Source: Myxococcales bacterium
GTDB lineage: Bacteria; Myxococcota_A; UBA9042; JABWCM01; BTVJ01
NCBI GenBank assembly: GCA_045863395.1
Contig: BTVJ01000089.1
Coordinates: forward strand, 1-31,156
DNA length: 31,156 bases
Direction: 5' to 3'
Both the position numbers and the translations under genes were made by a program. Each line of letters opens with the position of its first letter. Positions within the stretch are counted from its first letter, which is position 1. Below, one piece after another: positions 7,760 through 24,654 of this stretch. The notes beneath the pieces were generated by a model. The model worked only from the letters and a program-made list of their open reading frames with translations, did no database searches and was not told where the DNA came from.

Positions 7760-9142
7760 TCAGGCCGCGGCGTGGGCCCAGCGGTCGAGAACCTGTCGGG
7801 TCGCCGGGTCCGCGTCGCGCACCAGCCGGAAGAGGACGTCGAGCATCCGAATCTGCGCCTGTGCGTGGGTGGAGTCCCCCATGCGGCCGTGGATGCTCCC
7901 CTGATCCCACAGGTTCTCCACCGCCGACGACCCGCAGAACGGGGCGTAGGCCTGGTCCACCCACCCCGGCTGGCCGTCGAGTGTGCTCGCGAGCGCGAGG
8001 GCCCGCACGGTGGGGTGGCTGACGAGGTCGTGGTAGCCCGCACGGTCCACTGTGCCGAGCAGGAAGGTGTCGTCGCCCAGGAGGCCCGTGAGGCGCCCAC
8101 CCTCGCTGGAGTAGACCCGGCCGTCTACGTCGTAGGCGAGCTGCCCGAGGCCGTCGGGGCCAGGGCTGCGCGGCTCGGCTCCCGGACCATCGTCGAGCCC
8201 GAGGATCCGCCTGAGGAGGGTCGCCGCGGTCACCTCGACCACGGTCTCTCCGCCCCGCCCGGCCTCCACGAGGGACATCACCGCGCGCTCCCAGGCGCCC
8301 AGCCAGGCGTCCAGAGGAGCTGGCGAGCCCCCCCACAGCGCGGTGTCGAGGGGCGTACAGCGGAGGAGCTGGACGGTGTGGCACCCGGCGCGCACGTGGT
8401 CGGCCAGCAGCGCCCCCGCGGAGGCGACGTTGCGCGCCCCGAGGGTGATGACGCCGCGCACGGCCAGGCGCGGCGCCAGGGACTCGACCTGGCGCAGCGC
8501 GGCGGAGCGCTCTGCCTCCGAGAGCTGCGCGGGGCCGTCGACGCAGGCCCGCACCTCCACGCCGGCGTCGACCAGCAGGGCGGCCGCGTCCTGATCCAAC
8601 GCACTCAGCCCCGTGCTCACGGACAGGCGCAGCTCCTTGAGCGAGAGCTTGTTCTTGCGCCGCGCATAGTCGAGGACGTGCCGGACGACAGGGAGCGCCA
8701 GCAGCGGCTCCCCGCCTACGATGTCCAGATCCAGGGTGGTGCTCGTCGTCATGAAGGCGGTGTCGCACGCGCGCTCGGCCGTCTCGGGGCGCATGTCTTC
8801 GGCCGAGACGGCGAACTCTGCGGCCTGGGGGAGCGCCGTGCGTCGCGTGACGGCGACGACGTGGCGAGACGGGCCGGTGCGGAGCCAGGGGCGCCGAGAC
8901 CGCAGACGGCGGGCCAGGGCGTCCTGGTCCAGCCCGTCACGCAGGAAGCCACGCGAGCTCAGCTCCGACCACGCCACGTCGGACGGCGCCAGGGTCCCCT
9001 CCACGAGCCGCCGGAACGAGTCACCGTCGAGCCAGGTCCAGTCGCCCGCGTCGTTGGTGACGAGCACCTGACCGTCCAGCTCCCGAAAACGTAGCGGACC
9101 CGCGACCTTCGAGCTGACCTTTCGAACCTGCGCAGCGAGCAT
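7760..9142 (-). CDS. HxsB-like radical SAM paralog lacking the CxxxCxxC motif (predicted catalytically inactive), 460 aa
   Basis: Intact ORF with strong RBS (AAGGAGG). Colinear with the neighbouring HxsB: GPSRHV/GPSLHA, DMRPETAERA/DMSRETASRA, GGEP, DGP, RSPGPDGLGQLAYDVDGRVYSSEGGRL/RTPGGAAIGQLAYHPQGNVYSSDEGRM, QGSIHGRMGDS/QGSIFGRMQDS. The cluster-binding loop has no Cys. Confidence 0.85.
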   Translation of the reverse strand: MLAAQVRKVSSKVAGPLRFRELDGQVLVTNDAGDWTWLDGDSFRRLVEGTLAPSDVAWSELSSRGFLRDGLDQDALARRLRSRRPWLRTGPSRHVVAVTRRTALPQAAEFAVSAEDMRPETAERACDTAFMTTSTTLDLDIVGGEPLLALPVVRHVLDYARRKNKLSLKELRLSVSTGLSALDQDAAALLVDAGVEVRACVDGPAQLSEAERSAALRQVESLAPRLAVRGVITLGARNVASAGALLADHVRAGCHTVQLLRCTPLDTALWGGSPAPLDAWLGAWERAVMSLVEAGRGGETVVEVTAATLLRRILGLDDGPGAEPRSPGPDGLGQLAYDVDGRVYSSEGGRLTGLLGDDTFLLGTVDRAGYHDLVSHPTVRALALASTLDGQPGWVDQAYAPFCGSSAVENLWDQGSIHGRMGDSTHAQAQIRMLDVLFRLVRDADPATRQVLDRWAHAAA

Positions 9143-9189
9143 GGCGGCCTCCTTGAGGTCGTGGATTCAAGCAGCGCCGCCGGCGCCTG

Positions 9190-10746
9190 TCAACGGGCGT
9201 CGGCCGCCCGCAGGAGGGGGGCCGGCTCCTCCACGCGCAGCGTGGCGGGCGCCTCGGCGGGCTGCAGATAGTGCTCCTGGGGTCGGCTGATTGTCCAGCG
9301 CGTGATCAGCTCCCGCTCATCCGCCGGGGCGCTGTGCAGCCACCGCAACAGGATGTCGAAGATGCCTCTGTGCTTCATGCACCAGGCCGAGTCCTGCATG
9401 CGCCCGAAGATGGACCCCTGGGTCTTGTAGTTGTACTCCGGCTGCTGCCCGCACCACGCCTTGTAGACGCAGGTCGCGCACCCCGGCTGGGAGTCGTTGG
9501 GGCGCGCGAGCACCACCCCCCCCCCCGCGGCGCACAGCCTGATGTCGCGGTAGGTGGGCCGGTGGGGGGTGGCCATGAGGAACGCCTCGTCGCCCATGGC
9601 CGCGACCATGCGCCCCTCGTCGCTCGAGTAGACGTTTCCCTGCGGGTGGTAGGCGAGCTGACCGATGGCGGCGCCGCCCGGGGTGCGCAGGTCCAAGTAG
9701 TTCGGATCGTAGTCACCGACGATCTTGCAGAGCATGATCGCGGCGTTGCGCTCCATGACCTGCACGCCCTGCTTGTTGAGCTCGATGATGTACGCCAGCG
9801 CCTTGCGGTAGAACTCCAGGAACTCCTCCATGGAGTACCCGAGGTTCTTGCGCGTGGCCTCGGCGAATCCGAAGGGGTCCAGCTTGCGCAGGAACACCGC
9901 GCGGCAGCCGACCCGCACGTACTCGTCGACGATGTCCTTCCACCGCGGCAGGGAGAGGCGCGTGATGGTCGGCAGCGCCTCGACGCGGTAGAGGATGGGG
10001 TCGAGGCCCATCTCGCGGTAGCGCTCGTTGACGCGGGCGATCCAGCGGACGGTCAGGGCGTGGCTGTTGCCACCATTGAAGATGCGGATCCGGTTGTGCA
10101 GGTCCTCGGGACCATCCAGGCTGGTGCAGATCTGGACCCTGTTCTCCACGAGCCAGTCCAGACGCGCCTCGGTCATCAGGCTGAAGTTCGTGACCAGGGA
10201 GAACGACAGCTTCTTGCCGAGGCGGGCGTTGCGCAGCCGCGCCTCGGTGACCACATACGTCAGCACGTCCCAGTTGGCGGTCGGCTCGCCCCCCTGGAAC
10301 TCGATGTTGAGCCACGGGCTGGTCGTGCTGAGCGCCACGTCGATGGCCCGGGACGCCGTCTCCCGGCTCATGTCCGTGTCGACACGCCCCATGCCCACGA
10401 TGGACGAGTGACAGTACTGGCAGCCGTGGTTGCAGCGCTCCGTAAGCACGAAGGCGTGGAGCGACGGCCCGTAGCCCAGGAAGGACTTCTTCCGCCAGTA
10501 GCGTCTGGCCTGCGCCGTGACGTCCAGCTCCCCCGCGATGAGGTTGGCGGCGGCCAGGCGGTCCCAGAGGGCCTCTCCTGGCTGGACGTCCCCCTCCACG
10601 AAGCGGCGGAGCTCCTCGGGCTCCAGGAAGGCGTGGTCGCCCAGGTCCGTGGACACCAGGACCGCGTCGTCGAGGACCCGGAGGTTGAAGGGGACGGCGA
10701 AGCCCGGCTTCACGCGACGTAGTCGGACGAGATCGGTCATGTTCAT
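9190..10746 (-). CDS. hxsB: His-Xaa-Ser system radical SAM maturase HxsB-type enzyme, 518 aa
   Basis: CNHGCQYC radical SAM motif, IEFQGGEP, CTSLDGPEDLHN, the family-typical YLDLRTPGGAAIGQLAY...YSSDEGRM, and C-terminal CATC-x5-C...C auxiliary cluster ligands. Confidence 0.85.
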   Translation of the reverse strand: MNMTDLVRLRRVKPGFAVPFNLRVLDDAVLVSTDLGDHAFLEPEELRRFVEGDVQPGEALWDRLAAANLIAGELDVTAQARRYWRKKSFLGYGPSLHAFVLTERCNHGCQYCHSSIVGMGRVDTDMSRETASRAIDVALSTTSPWLNIEFQGGEPTANWDVLTYVVTEARLRNARLGKKLSFSLVTNFSLMTEARLDWLVENRVQICTSLDGPEDLHNRIRIFNGGNSHALTVRWIARVNERYREMGLDPILYRVEALPTITRLSLPRWKDIVDEYVRVGCRAVFLRKLDPFGFAEATRKNLGYSMEEFLEFYRKALAYIIELNKQGVQVMERNAAIMLCKIVGDYDPNYLDLRTPGGAAIGQLAYHPQGNVYSSDEGRMVAAMGDEAFLMATPHRPTYRDIRLCAAGGGVVLARPNDSQPGCATCVYKAWCGQQPEYNYKTQGSIFGRMQDSAWCMKHRGIFDILLRWLHSAPADERELITRWTISRPQEHYLQPAEAPATLRVEEPAPLLRAADAR

Positions 10747-10815
10747 GCAGGACGCCCTCGAACTAGAGGTTCGGCTCGACCGGTGAGCATACCCGAACCC
10801 GGACCAGAATTCTCC

Positions 10816-11832
10816 TCATTCGGGCGTGGGCGTCCCGTGACCGCTTGCGCCGGCGGTGCCCTCCGCGGCGCGGCAGAGCCGGTCCTGGACAGCCAGCCAG
10901 TCGTCTCCGGGAGGGGGAGCTTCGACGAGCACCAGGGGAACCCCCGCTGCGTCCAGACGGTGGAGGGTCGCATAGAGCCTCGCGCCAAAGCCCTCGGCGC
11001 CCGGAGGGAGCACGACGGAGTGCACTCCGGGCGGCAGCCCCTCGATGGGGCCGCGCGAGATTACGGCCGCGCCGGTGACGGCCGCGCCAGCCAGGGCGCT
11101 GGCCTCGAGGACCACGACCCGGGCTCGTGGCGCGTAGTGCCGGCGCGCCAGCCCCGGCGACGGCAGCTCGCCCTCCGCGCCGGCGCCCGCCAGGACCTCC
11201 ACGTCGCCCACGATCTCACGGATGCGGGCCACGGAGAGCCCCCCTGGGCGCAGCACCCGGGGGACGGCACCCGTCAGGTCCAGCACGGTGGACTCGATCC
11301 CGACGACACAGGGGCCGGCGTCGACGAGGACGTCCACATGGTCGGCAAGTCCCAGCGCCACGTGGTCTGCGGTGGTCGGCGACAGGCGCGTGTAGCGGTT
11401 CGCGCTAGGCGCCGCCACGGGGACGGCGGCGAGGCGCAGGAGGGCCAGGGCGACCGGGTGAGCCGGCACCCGCAGGCCGACGGCGTCGAGCCCCGCAGTG
11501 ACCTCACGCGGCACCGACTCACCGCGAGGCACTACGAGGGTCAGGGGGCCGGGCCACAGCGCCCGCGCGAGCCGCTCGGCGAGCGGCGGCCAGGATGCGG
11601 CGAGGGCGCGCGCCTGCTCGAGCATCGCCACGTGCACGATCAGGGGGTTTGTCGCGGGTCGCCCCTTCGCCTCGAAGATGCGGCGCACCGCGACCACGTC
11701 CAGCGCACAGGCCCCCAGGCCATAGACGGTCTCCGTCGGGAAGGCGACGAGCCCGCCCTGGCGCAAGGACTCAGCCGCCGGGAGGAGCGCGCCGTCGTCG
11801 GGATCGGTGGGTGAGACGGTGACGCGGATCAT
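10816..11832 (-). CDS. sua5: L-threonylcarbamoyladenylate synthase, Sua5 type (YrdC/TsaC domain + SUA5 C-terminal domain)
   Basis: VAFPTETVYGLG, KGRPATNPLIVH, LWPGPLT, APSANRY, GIESTVLD, LRPGG, SPGLARRHYAP. Confidence 0.95.
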   Translation of the reverse strand: MIRVTVSPTDPDDGALLPAAESLRQGGLVAFPTETVYGLGACALDVVAVRRIFEAKGRPATNPLIVHVAMLEQARALAASWPPLAERLARALWPGPLTLVVPRGESVPREVTAGLDAVGLRVPAHPVALALLRLAAVPVAAPSANRYTRLSPTTADHVALGLADHVDVLVDAGPCVVGIESTVLDLTGAVPRVLRPGGLSVARIREIVGDVEVLAGAGAEGELPSPGLARRHYAPRARVVVLEASALAGAAVTGAAVISRGPIEGLPPGVHSVVLPPGAEGFGARLYATLHRLDAAGVPLVLVEAPPPGDDWLAVQDRLCRAAEGTAGASGHGTPTPE

Positions 11833-11853
11833 GCGCAGGAGGGGGTCATTGGA

Positions 11854-13680
11854 TCAGGCGACCCGAGCGCGCCGCACCACACCGAGGACCAGGGCGAGCA
11901 GGAGCAGCCAGGGCGCCGGCGCCCCGCCCCCCGTCGAACAGCCGGAGTCGTCGCCACCGCTCTCCTCCTCGGGCAGCGGGTCGAAGATCGCGATGTCGCC
12001 GCCAGCGTCCGTCGCCCCGGCATCCGCCTGAACCGTGGGGCACGCAGAGGGCGAGAGCTCACCATCGCAGCACCACCCGCTCTGGACCACGTTGGCGCCG
12101 CAGCGGCAGGGCTGAGCCACGGCGGCTCCGTCCGTGCAGCTCTTGATGGACGGCTCGATGGTGAACGCCTTGGGGCCCGCGATGTTGTTGGACTCGTCGG
12201 TCTCGGACACCTGCGCCAGGGTGTCGACGATGGCCCAGGACACGTACCCACCGGGCACGACCCCGTCGAAGACGAACAGGGCCTTGACCGACGCGCCCGG
12301 CGCCAGCTCCGTAAAGGACTGGAACTTGTCGCCCCGGGCCCCCAGAGCAGGGGTCTCCGTCGCGTCGAGCACCACGTCCACGTCGAACGCCCCGGCTGCC
12401 GAGGAGCCCATGTTGCGAACAGTGACTGCGTAGCCGATCTCGCTCCCCGCCGCGACGACGGTGAAGTCCTCGATGGCCAGATCGACTCCCTCCACGGGCT
12501 CGGGCGGCAGGATGGTCACGGAGACGGGCCCCTTGGAGTTGTTGGACTCCAGGTCCTCGGCGATCACGTTGAAGGGGTCGGCGAAGGCCCAGCTCTGGTA
12601 GGTCCCCTCCGCAAGCCCGTCCCACACGATGGTCGCGGTCGCCTCCTCCCCGGGGGCGATGCCGGACACCGTCGCCGAGCGGGTGATGGGCGGCGTGGGT
12701 CCCAGCAGATCGGGCGCAGCGGGGCTGTCGAGGACGACGAGAACCTCGAAGCTCCCGACCGGGGCCAGGCCAAGGTTCTGCACGTCCACCTCGTAGGTCA
12801 CCGTCGACTCCGCCACGGTCGCCCGCAGGTCGGTCACCGCGAGATCCGGCGAGTCCTCGTCGGGGACCAGGTTCCGGGCCACGAGGATGGGCCCGAGGAG
12901 GTTGTTGTCTTCATCCTCCTCGTCGATGGCGTCGCCCTTGTCATCCCATGGCACGTCCGCATACACCCAGGACGTGTGGAGGCCGTCGGGGACCGCGGGC
13001 CACGAGAAGGTGATGGTCTTGGTCTCGCCGGAGCCAAGGCCGGCGGCGTGGTCCCAGTTCTGCCCCGTCTCCCCCCCCTTCAGCACGTAGATGGGGTTTG
13101 CCCGATCCGGGGCGTCGTAGCGAAGGTTGGTGCGAAACGGCGTGGCGGTGGCGGCTCCCCCGTTGTGCACGGCCACGACGTAGTTGAACTTGCCGTCCGC
13201 CCCCCAGGTGAGGGTCATGTTCGAGACGAAGATCTCGGGTTTGGCGCCCGCCGCTACCTGCACGCTGAACGGCACGGGCCCGAACAGGTTGTTCCCCTCC
13301 TCTGCCTCGGGAACGAGGTCGAGGCCATCGACCAGGACCCACGAGGTGAACGCGCCGTTGGCCCGTGGCACGGGACCGAGGGTCATCTCCCGGGTCTCCC
13401 CCGAGAACAGCCCCTCCATCCACTCTGCGGGGTAGCCGCGGGAGTCCGGGGCCGGCGCTGCAGCGGAGTGCGGGAAGACCTCCACGAGGAACTTCTTGGA
13501 CTTGGCGGTGCCGGCGTTCTGGACGGTCACCTTCCAGGACACGTCGCGACCCGACACCTGAGGCGTCACGTCGATCACCTGGAGGTCGACGTAGGTCGGT
13601 GCAGCGGCCGCGGGTGCCGCAAGCACGACGATCACCAGCGCGAGGCCCAGCAGGGATGGTCGGTGGACACGGACGATCAT
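11854..13680 (-). CDS. Secreted surface protein with four CARDB-like Ig domains and a C-terminal MYXO-CTERM-type sorting signal, ~608 aa
   Basis: ATG 13680 after GAGGAG, followed by a signal peptide. Four repeats of DLxV...VxNxG...SW..D...ExxExNNxxGP. C-terminus DDSGCSTGGGAPAPWLLLLALVLGVVRRARVA (GC motif, TM helix, basic tail). Confidence 0.85.
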   Translation of the reverse strand: MIVRVHRPSLLGLALVIVVLAAPAAAAPTYVDLQVIDVTPQVSGRDVSWKVTVQNAGTAKSKKFLVEVFPHSAAAPAPDSRGYPAEWMEGLFSGETREMTLGPVPRANGAFTSWVLVDGLDLVPEAEEGNNLFGPVPFSVQVAAGAKPEIFVSNMTLTWGADGKFNYVVAVHNGGAATATPFRTNLRYDAPDRANPIYVLKGGETGQNWDHAAGLGSGETKTITFSWPAVPDGLHTSWVYADVPWDDKGDAIDEEDEDNNLLGPILVARNLVPDEDSPDLAVTDLRATVAESTVTYEVDVQNLGLAPVGSFEVLVVLDSPAAPDLLGPTPPITRSATVSGIAPGEEATATIVWDGLAEGTYQSWAFADPFNVIAEDLESNNSKGPVSVTILPPEPVEGVDLAIEDFTVVAAGSEIGYAVTVRNMGSSAAGAFDVDVVLDATETPALGARGDKFQSFTELAPGASVKALFVFDGVVPGGYVSWAIVDTLAQVSETDESNNIAGPKAFTIEPSIKSCTDGAAVAQPCRCGANVVQSGWCCDGELSPSACPTVQADAGATDAGGDIAIFDPLPEEESGGDDSGCSTGGGAPAPWLLLLALVLGVVRRARVA

Positions 13681-13936
13681 GGGAGCTCCTCTGTGGTCTT
13701 GGCCGCGGCCTCTCACCCCTCGTCGCCGCAAGGGGCAGCAGCCGCGCCATTCTACGGATGTCGGCGGGCGAGCGCCACCGGGTCTGCGGTAGGTTGCACC
13801 GAGGACCGTCCTTTGATCACGAGTACAACGGGGATCGACCCGGGGGACCTCGTCCCTGGACGGATGTACGCTGCATGCTTTACGGCGGCGCCGTCCGGAG
13901 GTAGCGTGGCACCGACTCGAACCGTGAGGAGCGCAC

Positions 13937-15094
13937 ATGCCTCGACACCCGGACCACAACCCGGTGATCGCCGCCGTCGGAGGGTCGGCCTTCGGCCGCT
14001 TTGCTGCCCGCCTGGCCCGCCTTCAAGGGGAGACCTACCCCCTCCACATCGGCGACACCTGGCTCCCCCCCGGCCCTGGGCTCCGCCTCCAGGACCTCTC
14101 GGACGTGGAGCACCCCGACCTTCACCGCTACGCCAACCCGGGGGGCGATGCCCGGCTGCTCGCGGCGCTGTCCACCAAGGTCGCGGAGCGCAACGGGATG
14201 CCCCCTGGCTCCACCGCGCTGCTGGTCACGGCGGGCGCGACCGGAGCCCTGAGCGCCGCGGCCACGGTAACGCTCCGGACCGGCGACGAGGTCCTGATCC
14301 TCGCGCCCTATTGGCCCCTGATCCGGGGGATCGCGACCCTCACGGGGGCGACCCCCGTCGAGGTCCCCGCCCTGGGCCTCGGAAGCAGCCCGGTCGAGCT
14401 CGTGGCTGCCTTGGAGGCCCACACGACGGACCGGACCGCCGCGATCTACTTCAGCACCCCGAGCAACCCGGCGGGCGAGGTGTTCTCCAGCGCTGCGCTG
14501 GATGCCATCGCGACCTTCGCGCGGGTACGCAACCTGTGGATCTGGAGCGACGAGGTGTACGAGGACTTCGCCTACGCCGGGGAGCATGTCTCGATGGCCC
14601 GCTTCGCACCGGAGCGCACCTTGACAGCGTTCTCCTTCTCGAAGGCCTACGGCATGACCGGCCACCGAGTCGGCTACCTCGCGGGACCGCCGGACGCCAT
14701 CGACGCGGCGCGGCGCGTGACGACCCACCTGTGGTACTCGGTGACGACGGCGGCGCAGGCGGTCGCCCTGCGGGGCCTCCTGACCGGCGGCGCGTGGCTG
14801 GACGCGGCACGCCAGAGCTACGCGGATACCGCAGGCCGCGTTGCAGCCCTGTTGGGCGTGGCGCCACCATCGGGAGGCACGTTCCTGTTCGTCGATGCTG
14901 CGCCGGCACTGGACGAGCGTGGGCTCACCGGCTTCCTCGAGGACTGCCTGGAGGACAACGTGCTCGTCGCGCCGGGCACGAGCTTCGGCGCCGCCTACGG
15001 CACCTGGATACGGCTGTGCTTCACGGCGGTTCCCCCGGACGTGGCGCTCCGCGGCGCAGAGAAGCTGGCACTGAGGCTGGCGCGCCGCCCCTGA
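13937..15094 (+). CDS. PLP-dependent class I/II aminotransferase (aspartate aminotransferase-like), 385 aa
   Basis: RBS GAGGAG. Motifs: VTAGATGAL, PSNPAG, SDEVY, SFSKAYGMTGHRVGY (PLP lysine), PGTSFG...IRLCF. Confidence 0.92.
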   Translation: MPRHPDHNPVIAAVGGSAFGRFAARLARLQGETYPLHIGDTWLPPGPGLRLQDLSDVEHPDLHRYANPGGDARLLAALSTKVAERNGMPPGSTALLVTAGATGALSAAATVTLRTGDEVLILAPYWPLIRGIATLTGATPVEVPALGLGSSPVELVAALEAHTTDRTAAIYFSTPSNPAGEVFSSAALDAIATFARVRNLWIWSDEVYEDFAYAGEHVSMARFAPERTLTAFSFSKAYGMTGHRVGYLAGPPDAIDAARRVTTHLWYSVTTAAQAVALRGLLTGGAWLDAARQSYADTAGRVAALLGVAPPSGGTFLFVDAAPALDERGLTGFLEDCLEDNVLVAPGTSFGAAYGTWIRLCFTAVPPDVALRGAEKLALRLARRP

Positions 15095-15121
15095 CCGGGT
15101 CCCACCTCCTCCTCACGTTTC

Positions 15122-15170
15122 TTGACGGATCACGGATCGCTGTCTAGGGTCACTTCCATAGACGAAGTGA
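15122..15170 (+). promoter_or_regulatory. Sigma70-type promoter with an inverted repeat over the predicted start site
   Basis: TTGACG-N17-TAGGGT (15122-15150), followed by TCACTTC-N7-GAAGTGA (15150-15170). Confidence 0.5.
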
Positions 15171-15261
15171 GGGTGGCGATCAGAACCGGGAACGGCCGCG
15201 CTGCGGAGCGCGGGCCGATGCTCCGGGATCCCGCGCACAGGAGCCGAAGGAGGGCTACACC

Positions 15262-15447
15262 ATGGCCATCAGGACACTGGACTTCGCAGATGACGGACGC
15301 GAGAAGACCACCTACGCGCTCGTCTTCCTCCTCGCGATCCTCACGGCGGTGGTCGTGACACTGCTCGTAGCTGGAAGCTTGCGCGACGAGCGCTACGCCC
15401 CCCGCGCCCCGCACCCGCCTGCGACGGAGAGACCTGCTCCGCGCTGA
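15262..15447 (+). CDS. Small single-pass membrane protein, 61 aa, function unknown
   Basis: Strong RBS (AAGGAGG) 8 nt before ATG. One hydrophobic helix (YALVFLLAILTAVVVTLLVAG) and a Pro/Arg-rich tail. Fills an otherwise empty intergenic gap. Confidence 0.7.
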   Translation: MAIRTLDFADDGREKTTYALVFLLAILTAVVVTLLVAGSLRDERYAPRAPHPPATERPAPR

Positions 15448-15502
15448 GCCCCGGCAGAGAGGTCTCCCAAGCGCCAGCGCCGAGCAGACCGACCACCGAG
15501 GG

Positions 15503-23833
<8,331 letters not shown>

Positions 23834-24110
23834 GTCCAACATCCTCCAGATGACGGCCCTGACCTCGCGGCAGTCTAGCGGAACCACAGATGCGAATGAA
23901 GGATGATCGGTACGCCCGGTCACCGAAGTTGCGCGATGCATCCAAGCCGTATGCTGGCGGCTCCAGGGGGCTCCGAACGTCCCGCCGGGCGGCCCGTGGA
24001 TTGGTGTCCCGCCCCGAGCGGGTTGTCAAGCAGGGGACCCTGCACTAAGGTGTGCCGGCTCGCCCGAGGGGGACCCGACGGGACCACGACTGCACCAAGC
24101 GAGGATCATC

Positions 24111-24440
24111 ATGGCAGGAAAGAACGTACACGAGTTCAACGACGGCAACTTCGACACCGAGGTCGTCCAGGCGGACGTCCCCGTGCTCGTCGACTTCTGG
24201 GCGACCTGGTGCGCCCCGTGTCGGGCCATCGCCCCCATCGTCGAGGAGCTCGCCGACGACTACCAGGGGAAGATGAAGGTCGGAAAGGTCGACGTGGACA
24301 ACAACCACGAGATCGCCACCCGATACCGCATCACCAGCATCCCGTCGGTCTACCTCTTCAAGGGAGGCGAGGTGGTGGAGCAGATGGTTGGCGCCCGCCC
24401 AAAGGCCTACTTCGTCCAGACGATCACAAAGCACCTGTAG
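24111..24440 (+). CDS. trxA: Thioredoxin
   Basis: 109 aa with VLVDFWATWCAPC, KVDVD, ITSIP and VGA motifs; RBS GAGGA. Confidence 0.95.
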   Translation: MAGKNVHEFNDGNFDTEVVQADVPVLVDFWATWCAPCRAIAPIVEELADDYQGKMKVGKVDVDNNHEIATRYRITSIPSVYLFKGGEVVEQMVGARPKAYFVQTITKHL

Positions 24441-24654
24441 TCGCACTCGCCACATATCGTCACTCCCCCTCGCTCCTCGACTCGACTCGCGTTCGATTTT
24501 TTTTCTGAATACGTTTCGCGTGGTTGCAGCCCTTGTGTGCGCTGCCTTCCTGAGCACGGCTTGACCAGCCGTGGGGGCAGTGGTACCCATAGCGCCAAAA
24601 CCAGACCCAGAGTCGAGATCGAGCAACCGACTAAATAGATTCGGAGAGTTGGCA

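Noticed and set aside
7760..9142. Calling the second HxsB-like gene a pseudogene
   Set aside because: It has no stops or frameshifts, a strong RBS and conserved non-Cys motifs, so it is better treated as an intact degenerate paralog pending dN/dS.
12230..13350. Aromatic-X-Ser motifs (FTSW, HTSW, YQSW, YVSW) in the CARDB repeats as HxsB substrates
   Set aside because: They sit at the same structural beta-strand position of each Ig-like domain, and only one is His-Xaa-Ser. There is no evidence that they are modification sites.
3845..15147. Long alternative ORFs such as 3845..6190 (+), 7247..9094 (+), 9271..10722 (+) and 12976..15147 (+)
   Set aside because: They overlap well-supported genes on the opposite strand or in another frame, and have no recognisable motifs.
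24111..24440. Dedicated role of trxA in folding the divergent Cys-rich giant protein
   Set aside because: It is an ordinary cytoplasmic thioredoxin with no signal peptide; adjacency alone is insufficient evidence.
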